Below are positions 48,333 to 56,349 of a DNA stretch of 64,000 nt, piece after piece. The translations under genes and the position numbers were made by a program. Source of the DNA: a bacterium (GTDB taxonomy: Bacteria > RBG-13-61-14 > DATKZS01); the NCBI GenBank assembly GCA_963674965.2, contig CAXXFL010000001.1:1280001-1344000 (forward strand), in the 5' to 3' direction. Positions within the stretch are counted from its first letter, which is position 1, and the number at the start of each line of letters is the position of its first letter. The notes under the pieces are model-generated. The model did no database searches and was not told the origin of the DNA. It saw only the letters and a list, made by a program, of their open reading frames with translations.

Positions 48333-51091
48333 GGTCCGCTCCCGAGAATCTGACCCGCGTCTCCCTCCCCCGGGGCCGTTCCGCCCGTGTACTCGAGGCT
48401 GATCTCGTTAGCCGCGCCCGTGCGCTGGTCCTTGGCGCTGACCGTGAACAGACCGTTCTGGTCGATATCGAAGGTCACCTCGATGGCGGGCATGCCCCGC
48501 TTGGCCTTCTCGATGCCCTCGAGCACGAACTCGCCCAGGGAGGTGTTGTTCTTCACGTATTGCCCGTCTCCCTGCAGCACCGTGATCCTTATCCGGCGCT
48601 GGTTGTCCGCGCAGGTGGTGAAGACCTGCGAGGCCCGGGCCGGAAGCTTGGCAAAGCGCTTGATGATGGGTATGTAATGTCCCCCGAAGTGAGCTATGCC
48701 CACTGACTGAGATAGGACGTCGAGAAGCACGGGCGCTTCGACCGTTTCCGGGACCGCCTCTTTGGCGGCCTCCCCGGGGGGTGGTTCGGCATCCGGCTCG
48801 TCCGTCTCGGGCTGCTCGAAGTCCTCCTCGGACTCGAACTCATCCTCGGACGCGACGGCCGGCTCATGGGTCTCATAATCCCGGATGATCGGGCCGGCCG
48901 AGACGGGCATCTCCATCTCGGGACTCAGGTCCGGAGGCTCGGCCTCCTCCTCCTCTTCTCCTTCCTCGGCGAACTCGGGAAGCATGTCCGGATCGGCCGG
49001 CAGTTCCGGCTCGGCTGATTCCATCTCCGGTGGAGGCCCCAGGTCAAAGTCTCCACCATCGGCGGGCGCCGGCTCCCGGTCGGGATCGGCGGGCAGGTCG
49101 GCTGGAGACTCGGTGACCGCGGGTATTTCATCCTCCGGCTCTCCCACGATCTCTTCCTCGTCCGCGTCCGGAGAGGGCGGGAAAGCATCCTCTTCCTCGT
49201 CGGGGGACTCCTCCTCGGCGGGAGGGACCTGGTCCAACTCGGCGGGAAGATCGGACCCGTAGGCGTCCTCGGCTTCCTCGGGAATTTCTTCCTCGGGTAA
49301 ATCGTGGTCCGCCGACTCCTCGGCCGCTTCCATGGGGATAGGCTGATCGTCATCGGTCTCGGTCATTGAAAAATCCGGGGCTGAAGTATCGGGCTCCTTA
49401 GATTCGACCAGATCGGTTTTCTCGACCACTTCCCGGGAGGAAGTCGCGCCCACGAAGAAATCGGCCAGGCCGGCCTCACGGTCGTCGGCTTCCTTTTCGG
49501 CCGAGTCCTCGGGCGACCACTCCTCGCCCGCCTGCATCTTGTCCGGGTCAAGCGGCAGGTCCGAGTCGGCGTCCCTTTTATCCATGGGCAAAAGGGATTG
49601 GCCATCGTCGGCCGGGCGAGTCTTTTTTTCCGGCGCGTGCTCCGGGGCGTCCATCAACTCGTCGGGGTCGGCCTCGACCCGGGCGTCGCCGATCTCCTCC
49701 TCGTCCCGGGAATCGGGAGGAGGCGCTCCGGGCATGGTGGCGCCGGGATCGTAATCCGGGCCGGGAACGATCCGGTCCCTGCCCGCGCCGTATCCGGGAA
49801 GGGTCTTATCCGGGTCCTGGCCGGAGGCCATGTCCACGTCGGCGCCCGAGACCGGCGCGGGAACGACCCTTCCCGCGCCCGCCATGGGAGCGGGCAAGGT
49901 CTTCTCGAGGTCCTCCCTCGTCTCTTTTCTTTTCTTGAGTATCTTCTCGCCCGCCAGGCTGGCGGCGTGGATGGCGGCGCCCACGGCCACGGCCTCGTCG
50001 GGATTGACCGAGTCGTCGGGATCGCGGCCGAAGAACTCGGTCACCCTCGCTCTCAAAAGGGGCATCCGCGTCATGCCTCCCACCAGCACCACGTTGTCAA
50101 TTTTTTCAATGGGAATGGAAACGTCGTCTAAAAGCTTCCTGAAAATATCCACGGTCCTCGTCACCAGGTCCTCGACCAGGCCCTCGTAGAACTCCCGGGT
50201 AATGGACGCCTCGACGCCCGCCCACTTGTTAACGTCGGGACAGATGGCGGGAAGGTTGATCTCGACCTCTTTCTTTTTTGAGAGCGCGATCTTGGCCCGC
50301 TCAGAGGAGTCCTTGACCCGCTGGTGGGCCATCTTGTCGTTATAGATGTTTATGTCGTATTTCTTCTTGAAGTCCTTGACCAGGTAATCGACCAGCCGGT
50401 TGTCGAAGTCCTCGCCTCCCAAATAGGAGTCGCCGTCCGTGGCCAGCACCTCGAAGACGCCCTGTCCGATGGCTAAAACGGACAAGTCGAAGGTGCCGCC
50501 GCCCAGGTCGAACACGGCTATGGTCTGCTCCTCGTCCTTGTCGTACCCGTAGGCGAGGGCCGCGGCGGTGGGCTCGTTAATCAGCCGCACGACGTCCAGG
50601 CCGATCATGGCCCCCGCCTCGCGGGTGGACTTGCGTTGAGGGTCGGTAAAGTAGGCCGGCACCGTGACCACGGCTTTCCTGATCTCTCGTTTGAGGGCCT
50701 TCTTTCCGATCCTGGTCATGTACTTTAGGATAATGGCCGCGACCTCGGTGGGAGTCAATTCCTTGTCGCGGCCCCTGACCTTGACCCCGCCGTCGGGAAG
50801 CGGAAGGATGTCATAACCGAAGTGCTTTTTGGTCTCCTGGACGCGAGGGTCTAGATACCTTCTTCCTATCAGGCGCTTGGTGGCCCAGATGGTGCTGTAA
50901 GGATCGCTGATGACCTCCATTTTCGCCTGGGTCCCCACCAGTATCTTCCCGTCCTCCATCACGTGGATGTAAGAGGGAGTCACGCGGTTGCCCCTGCCGT
51001 CAGGCACCACCATGGGTTGACCGTCCACCACCGCCGCCAGACAGCTAGTGGACGTGCCCAGGTCGATACCAACTATCTTGTCCATGCTCAT
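48329..51091 (-). CDS. Atypical Hsp70/DnaK-family protein with ~400-aa acidic Pro-rich insert and no lid
   Basis: GIDLGT, TVPAYF, NEPTAAA, DLGGGTFD, GGEDFD and NPDEAVA; then insert; VLLDV linker and SBD-beta (PAIEVTFDIDQNG). Confidence 0.9.
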   Translation of the reverse strand: MSMDKIVGIDLGTSTSCLAAVVDGQPMVVPDGRGNRVTPSYIHVMEDGKILVGTQAKMEVISDPYSTIWATKRLIGRRYLDPRVQETKKHFGYDILPLPDGGVKVRGRDKELTPTEVAAIILKYMTRIGKKALKREIRKAVVTVPAYFTDPQRKSTREAGAMIGLDVVRLINEPTAAALAYGYDKDEEQTIAVFDLGGGTFDLSVLAIGQGVFEVLATDGDSYLGGEDFDNRLVDYLVKDFKKKYDINIYNDKMAHQRVKDSSERAKIALSKKKEVEINLPAICPDVNKWAGVEASITREFYEGLVEDLVTRTVDIFRKLLDDVSIPIEKIDNVVLVGGMTRMPLLRARVTEFFGRDPDDSVNPDEAVAVGAAIHAASLAGEKILKKRKETREDLEKTLPAPMAGAGRVVPAPVSGADVDMASGQDPDKTLPGYGAGRDRIVPGPDYDPGATMPGAPPPDSRDEEEIGDARVEADPDELMDAPEHAPEKKTRPADDGQSLLPMDKRDADSDLPLDPDKMQAGEEWSPEDSAEKEADDREAGLADFFVGATSSREVVEKTDLVESKEPDTSAPDFSMTETDDDQPIPMEAAEESADHDLPEEEIPEEAEDAYGSDLPAELDQVPPAEEESPDEEEDAFPPSPDADEEEIVGEPEDEIPAVTESPADLPADPDREPAPADGGDFDLGPPPEMESAEPELPADPDMLPEFAEEGEEEEEAEPPDLSPEMEMPVSAGPIIRDYETHEPAVASEDEFESEEDFEQPETDEPDAEPPPGEAAKEAVPETVEAPVLLDVLSQSVGIAHFGGHYIPIIKRFAKLPARASQVFTTCADNQRRIRITVLQGDGQYVKNNTSLGEFVLEGIEKAKRGMPAIEVTFDIDQNGLFTVSAKDQRTGAANEISLEYTGGTAPGEGDAGQILGSGP

Positions 51092-51322
51092 CCTCCGGTA
51101 AGATAACTCGAAGCGTTCGCTAAGCTACCATTTTAGCCGGGATATGGCGCCAAGCGCAATGGGAAGATAAAAAAAGATGCGGCCCGTAAAAAAGTCGTTT
51201 CCTTCGCCGCCTTGCCCGCTCTCGACCCTTAAAAGAAAATGGGGGAACCCGGACGGCCGGAATTCTTTGAGGAAAAAGCCACTATATGCTAATCTTGTAG
51301 AGGGCCGAAAGCCAAGGCCCGA

Positions 51323-51399
<77 letters not shown>

Positions 51400-51408
51400 T
51401 CAAAAAGG

Positions 51409-51445
51409 AAACTTTCAGTTCCAGCCGGGGCGGAAAGTTTTTTTA
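51409..51445 (+). terminator. Possible terminator after tRNA-Pro
   Basis: AAACTTTC...GAAAGTTT inverted repeat followed by a T run. Confidence 0.4.
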
Positions 51446-51571
51446 TTTCCAGGCGGTTCGATGACGGTCACGACTCCCTTAGTCCGCTCGCCGCCGCGGC
51501 CGGGGTCCGAGAAAAGGCGATCGAGTTTTCATCGGACCCCGACGGCTCGCGTCAGCCGGCTTTTAACCTCG

Positions 51572-53278
51572 TCAAGGATTCATGGCATAGGCGTCAACCT
51601 GAGAATAGACGTGCTTTTCCAGGACGCGGTTGAATTTATCCATGTCCACCGCCGGGCTCCTGAGCATTTTCAGGCATTGGTCTTTCTGGGCCTGAGTGGC
51701 CGCGGGCTTGCCGAAAATATCGACGGCGTAGCGGGAAAAATCGCGAACGTAGACGTCGAAAATCTCGTCCAGGAGGTCATAGTCGACGTTTTCCATTTGA
51801 GCGCTTTCAATAATCAACTGGCCGTAAGCCACCAGGGTGAATATTTCACCGACGCCCAAAAGAAAATCGAAATCGCCCGCCATCTGGTTGCCCAGTTCCA
51901 TTCCGGAGATCATTAAAAACTTTTCGAATTCCTTGATCTGCTCCTTGAAGATATTAACGTTAGGCAAATTAACCGAGTCATAAACCGGATGGAAATCATG
52001 AAACTGGGTTTTGCCATACCCGCGGGTTTTGCCCTGTTTAAAGAGGTAGTCGTCGTTCTGGCTCGAGTCCATTCTGCCGATTTTGGGGAAGTTGCCGGGA
52101 TTGAAAAAGAAGTTGGGCATCAGCTTGGCGATAAGCGCCATGTTGACGTGCCTTGTCCCCTCGAGCTTGGGGAAACCTTTAAGCTCGATTACGGCCTGCG
52201 AAAAATAGTTGTCCTTTTCAAAGCCCTTGGCCGCGATGACGTCCCACAGCATCTCGTGGACCTCTTCGCCCTGGATGGCGACCTTCATTTTCATGATCGG
52301 ATTGTAAAGGAGATATCTCTTATCGTCTGGACTTGCCGCCCGCATGTAATCCGTGGCGCGCAGCCCGAACAGTTTCATTCCGGCAAGGCGGCAGTAAGAA
52401 TCCATGAAAAGGCGCTTCACGTGGGGAAACTCGGTTACGAACTTGCCGTAGACCTTTCTGTGGGCGGCGTGGTTCAAGGCCTCGTAGAAAGAATGGGTGA
52501 CGATGCCGATCGAGCCGGAGCCGATATTGAATTTACAGATGTTGATGGTGTTGAGCATGTCGTCCCAGGCCTTGGGACCGCGCGCCGTAATGTCCGCGTC
52601 GGTGATGGGATAATCGTGAAGTTTGAACTCGGAAACATAGTTCTGGGCATGAATCACGTTCTGGACGCATTCATATTTTTCGTGATGAGAATCAACGACG
52701 AAGAAGACGTAATCATCGGTACCGTCAATCTTTCCGAACACCGTTATGGTCGAGGCCTCGTTGCCGTTGCCGATGTAGTACTTCGAGCCCCGGGCCAGGT
52801 AGGTCCCGTCCTGTTGCGGATACAGCTTCATCTCAGAGGAGTAGATATCCGCCCCGTGTTCTCTTTCCGACAAACCGAAGGCGCACAGCGGGTTTTCCCG
52901 CAAGGTCACAACGGCCTTTTGTTTGGCCGCTTCGTTGTCGCCCAGAAAGACCGGGTCCAGGCCAAGGGTGGAAACATGGAAGGCATACCAGTAAGCGGTG
53001 CCGTAGAAGCCGAGAATCTCGGAGAATTCGAACATTCGAAAAGTGCTGTAGTACTGGTCTTCGTCCCCGTATCCCTTTGGCAGGAAAAGGGTCTCGAAAA
53101 TCCGTTCCTTTTTAACGAATTCAGTAAAGTCATGGGTAAACTCGGCGGAGAGGTAATCCTCCTTCATTTTCTTCATGCCCTTATTTTCGAACCATTCGAT
53201 GGTTTTGATCATGATCTCGCGGGACCGCTCATCAGGGTAATCTCTGTCCTGATAGTTTTTAGGATTGAGTAGCAACAT
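51572..53278 (-). CDS. Acyl-CoA dehydrogenase family protein
   Basis: AFGLSEREHGAD, GSKYYIGN, HRKVYGK, KLEGT. Confidence 0.9.
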   Translation of the reverse strand: MLLLNPKNYQDRDYPDERSREIMIKTIEWFENKGMKKMKEDYLSAEFTHDFTEFVKKERIFETLFLPKGYGDEDQYYSTFRMFEFSEILGFYGTAYWYAFHVSTLGLDPVFLGDNEAAKQKAVVTLRENPLCAFGLSEREHGADIYSSEMKLYPQQDGTYLARGSKYYIGNGNEASTITVFGKIDGTDDYVFFVVDSHHEKYECVQNVIHAQNYVSEFKLHDYPITDADITARGPKAWDDMLNTINICKFNIGSGSIGIVTHSFYEALNHAAHRKVYGKFVTEFPHVKRLFMDSYCRLAGMKLFGLRATDYMRAASPDDKRYLLYNPIMKMKVAIQGEEVHEMLWDVIAAKGFEKDNYFSQAVIELKGFPKLEGTRHVNMALIAKLMPNFFFNPGNFPKIGRMDSSQNDDYLFKQGKTRGYGKTQFHDFHPVYDSVNLPNVNIFKEQIKEFEKFLMISGMELGNQMAGDFDFLLGVGEIFTLVAYGQLIIESAQMENVDYDLLDEIFDVYVRDFSRYAVDIFGKPAATQAQKDQCLKMLRSPAVDMDKFNRVLEKHVYSQVDAYAMNP

Positions 53279-53519
53279 GACAAACTCCTTTTCAGTAAAT
53301 GTATTAATGTACTATTGCAAAACGTCGCGCGTAAATCAATTCGAGCGCGCCCTTGCATTACTTATCCATGCTATTCCAGGAGCCGCGCCAGAAACAAGGC
53401 TTGTCTCCAGTAAGTTTATCCGAATATCGGCGCTAATTAAACTTGCTGAAAATGATAACCGGAGATTTTGGAGAGACGATAAAACGAGGAACTGAAAAAC
53501 GCGGAGACATCTTTCGAAA

Positions 53520-53935
53520 CGCAGGGTGGCCCATCCCAAAATGCATGGGTGGCATGGCCGCGAGCTGAGCATTGATATTTTCTAATTCAAGCGCGTTTTT
53601 AACCTTATCCACTTCAAAAAGGGCCTTTCAATACGATTTGCGTCAGAAGCGTTCAGCCTGCGGCTTCGCCGCCCATGCAATATGCGTGGGGGACCCTGCG
53701 GCTGAGGGGGACCATGAAACCATGAAACCATGGGTGGCGCGGATAGCTCGCCTATCCGCGCGGCGAAAGCCGTTGGATATTCATGTACGCGCTCGGCGGA
53801 CCGTCGCTTCTTTCCCGCGCCTTCGGCGTCCAGATAGCTATCCGGGCCGCGCGGCGTCCTCGACCCATCCCGCTAGGCGGGACCCACGCGGTTTCTTCGC
53901 ACACGGGAGTTCAGCCCGCGGCCTCAGCCGCCCCT
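53520..53935. repeat. Cluster of short GC-rich palindromes / REP-like elements
   Basis: GTGG+CGCGGATAG/CTATCCGCG, GCGGC-TTC-GCCGC, CGGC-GAAA-GCCG and TCCCGC-TAG-GCGGGA; near-direct repeat at 53651-53674 and 53909-53933. Confidence 0.45.
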
Positions 53936-54916
53936 TTAATCTTCAAGCGGCTCGATGCCGCAACTTTTACAGTTGCATCCCTTATCTCGAGACTTTTCCG
54001 GGGAGCTCGAGCCCCACCCGTTGATGAGGCGGAGGCTGACGCCGTTTTTGGTTTTGCGGCCGACCGAGTCGGGAGCGGGGCTTAGGTTTTGGCCGCAGGA
54101 CTGGCATCCTACCGCGGGTCCCTTGGGGCTGGAGTCTTCGGCCAGCTTCATCTCGAGCAGCCGGTGGAGTATCTCGGACTGGGGCATGGGCGGTTCCGGG
54201 CTTTGGTTTTTTTCCTCCTCCAGTTCCTCCCAGTTTCCCGTCGTCAAGATGGGCGTTCCCAGCCTGATGAGCTTGCGTTGCTCGAGATCGAGTCTTTGGG
54301 CGGCCACGGCGCGGGACCTCTTGACTGCCTCGGCCCCGGCGTCCCGGGCAAGGGTCGCGTGAAGCTTCTCGATGGTATAGTCGAGTCCATGGCAGATGAC
54401 GTCGTAGCGAGCGATATACTGGCGCTCGCCTTTTTCGTCTTCCTTGACCAGTTTGGTCAGCAGGATATCCACGGGTTCTCCGATGCCGGCTATGATGGCG
54501 AAGTCCTCGAGGGAGTAAGGCGGCTTGGGCGCGAACTGGCCCAGGTCGGCGCCGGGGATGAGAGCGGTGAGAGAGAAGGGCACGTGGTCGCACTCGACGC
54601 CGGCGGCGGTCAGGGCCTCGATATCGTTTTGCAGCCTCACGTTGGCTATGAGGAAGGCCATGGCCGCCCTTCTTACCGGTTTAAGCTGGTGTCCGGAGGC
54701 GTAGGTTTTCTCGAACCGGACCTTTATATATCCGCACTCGACGCTGAAGAAGGCCGACAGCTCGAAGAGGTCCTCCGATCCCGACTTCACCAGGGAACGC
54801 CCGGAAAGGCTGGGCCGTATAATCGTCTTGACCTTGGCGCCGCTTTCCGCCAGGGCCAGAACGTCCTGGACCGACTCGGGCTTGCTTACCTGGACCCATA
54901 TGGCGTCTTCTTTCAT
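53936..54916 (-). CDS. Hypothetical protein with apparent internal duplication and Cys-rich tail
   Basis: GAGG RBS; starts just after the upstream stop codon; GC-rich third codon positions; CQSC and CNCKSC near the C-terminus. Confidence 0.75.
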   Translation of the reverse strand: MKEDAIWVQVSKPESVQDVLALAESGAKVKTIIRPSLSGRSLVKSGSEDLFELSAFFSVECGYIKVRFEKTYASGHQLKPVRRAAMAFLIANVRLQNDIEALTAAGVECDHVPFSLTALIPGADLGQFAPKPPYSLEDFAIIAGIGEPVDILLTKLVKEDEKGERQYIARYDVICHGLDYTIEKLHATLARDAGAEAVKRSRAVAAQRLDLEQRKLIRLGTPILTTGNWEELEEEKNQSPEPPMPQSEILHRLLEMKLAEDSSPKGPAVGCQSCGQNLSPAPDSVGRKTKNGVSLRLINGWGSSSPEKSRDKGCNCKSCGIEPLED

Positions 54917-54917
54917 G

Positions 54918-55880
54918 TCAATACCTCGTTTCCTTTTTGTCGGGGTCCCTGAGGATGTCGCTCAGGTAATAGCGCGAGTAAAGCGCCCCGACCGGGTTGT
55001 TGGCCAGCGACTTGTCCTTGACGAAGAGGGTCGTGCAGGGAGCGTCGCTGTGCTCGGTAAAAAGGATGTCGCAACCCACGCACAGACCGATAACCAGGTT
55101 AAGGTCGGTACCCGCGGCGTTCAGGGCCATGGCCTGGCCGATCGAGTTGCACGAGTCCGCGTGGCCTCCGTGGGGATGGGAATGCTCGGGAGGTCCCTGC
55201 GCCCCTATCCGGCACGAAACGGGCACGACCTCGAAGAAGCGTTCCAGGACGCCCGTCAGTATCTCGGCCTCCTTGAACATCTCGACGCAAAAGGCCAGAC
55301 CGACCTTCTTGTAGCCCATGCCCACGGCGAAGTGCACGACCTCGGCCACGCGGCACATCTTTTCCTCCTGCTCCCAGGCCACGTCAAGCGCCACTTCATG
55401 GATGTGCCGCTCCCTCTCGTCCTCCTGGTCCGGGTCCGAGGGGGCCTCCATGTGGCAATCCTCACCGCGGAGGCAGCGCCTGGATTTGCAAGAGATGCAG
55501 TTGACCTCGCCCGGCTCGATATGGCGCTCGGCCGGGCGCTTGATCTCGATCTTTTCGCTGATCCCGAAGCCCGGCGCCAGGGTCCCGTCGATATAGGCCT
55601 TGAGAACGTCGTCAACCTCGCCCGCCACGTTGTTGATCACCCTGATGCCGCTCGCCTCGGCCTCCTCGATGAACTCCTTGCCCGCGCCGCCGCAGATGAA
55701 TACGTTAACGTTAAGGTCAACGAGCTGGTCCAGGAAAATCTCCTCGGACATGCCCTCGACCGCGCAAAGGTCGCTCGATTGCACTTTGCCGTGCTTTATT
55801 CGCGCCACGATCATGTCGCTGGCGAACATGCAGCGGGGCGACACTCTCGAGCCGAAAATTGGAATCGCTATCTTCATCAT
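54918..55880 (-). CDS. NifB/NifX-family domain fused to DUF1847 metal-binding domain
   Basis: MKIAIPIFGSRVSPR...FICGG; then CRVAEV..FA..MGYKKVGLAFC, CNSIGQA, GLCVGCD, TTLFVKD. Confidence 0.85.
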   Translation of the reverse strand: MMKIAIPIFGSRVSPRCMFASDMIVARIKHGKVQSSDLCAVEGMSEEIFLDQLVDLNVNVFICGGAGKEFIEEAEASGIRVINNVAGEVDDVLKAYIDGTLAPGFGISEKIEIKRPAERHIEPGEVNCISCKSRRCLRGEDCHMEAPSDPDQEDERERHIHEVALDVAWEQEEKMCRVAEVVHFAVGMGYKKVGLAFCVEMFKEAEILTGVLERFFEVVPVSCRIGAQGPPEHSHPHGGHADSCNSIGQAMALNAAGTDLNLVIGLCVGCDILFTEHSDAPCTTLFVKDKSLANNPVGALYSRYYLSDILRDPDKKETRY

Positions 55881-55901
55881 TGATCCTCCGCCCCGATTAA
55901 A

Positions 55902-55917
55902 AGCAAAGGCCAAGCCA
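55902..55917 (-). promoter_or_regulatory. Sigma54 -24/-12 promoter (leftward)
   Basis: Minus strand reads TGGCTTGGCCTTTGCT, GG-N10-GC spacing. Confidence 0.55.
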
Positions 55918-56142
55918 ACGGGACCTGGGCAAGAAAAATTATTTGGGATAGTCGGGAGGAGTCGAAACTCGAGGCGCGAGCCTCCCTGGAAAAAGTTCTT
56001 TTACATTAGCATCTTTATATTCAAGTCCTGGTTTGCCGAGCAAAATAGTAGTCATTTAAAATATTCTTTAATGAAAGATTAAAATCCTTTAACAATCGGT
56101 TTTTCTTTACCTTTATAGCGTTGCAATTGGCGTAGCGAGACG

Positions 56143-56167
56143 CGTTGCACAACCGTCTAATGCAACG
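56143..56167. promoter_or_regulatory. Inverted repeat CGTTGCA-N11-TGCAACG, candidate enhancer
   Basis: Perfect 7-bp arms; extra CGTTGCA half-site at 56119-56125. Confidence 0.5.
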
Positions 56168-56280
56168 AAGAAGCGGGCTGATTCCATGCCGGTATAAGAT
56201 GGCCGCCCGCCGCGTTCAAAGCGAATATCTTCTTTGATCCTTGGGCCTTAAGGGCCGCCGCCCAAGTAAATATCGGATAA

Positions 56281-56296
56281 TGGCACGAGCGTTGCT
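56281..56296 (+). promoter_or_regulatory. Sigma54 -24/-12 promoter (rightward)
   Basis: TGGCACGAGCGTTGCT matches consensus TGGCACG-N4-TTGCW exactly. Confidence 0.85.
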
Positions 56297-56349
56297 CTTA
56301 ATGGCGGTGGAATAGGAAAAAGAAAGTTTCACCCGCCATACTAAATAAC

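Noticed and set aside
48740-49945. DNA tandem repeat or mobile element inside the Hsp70 gene
   Set aside because: The insert is in frame, with host-like codon usage and only protein-level low complexity; no terminal repeats or intein motifs seen
54918-55880. Nitrogen fixation gene
   Set aside because: NifX-like domains are widespread outside diazotrophs and no nifHDKENB genes are in the window
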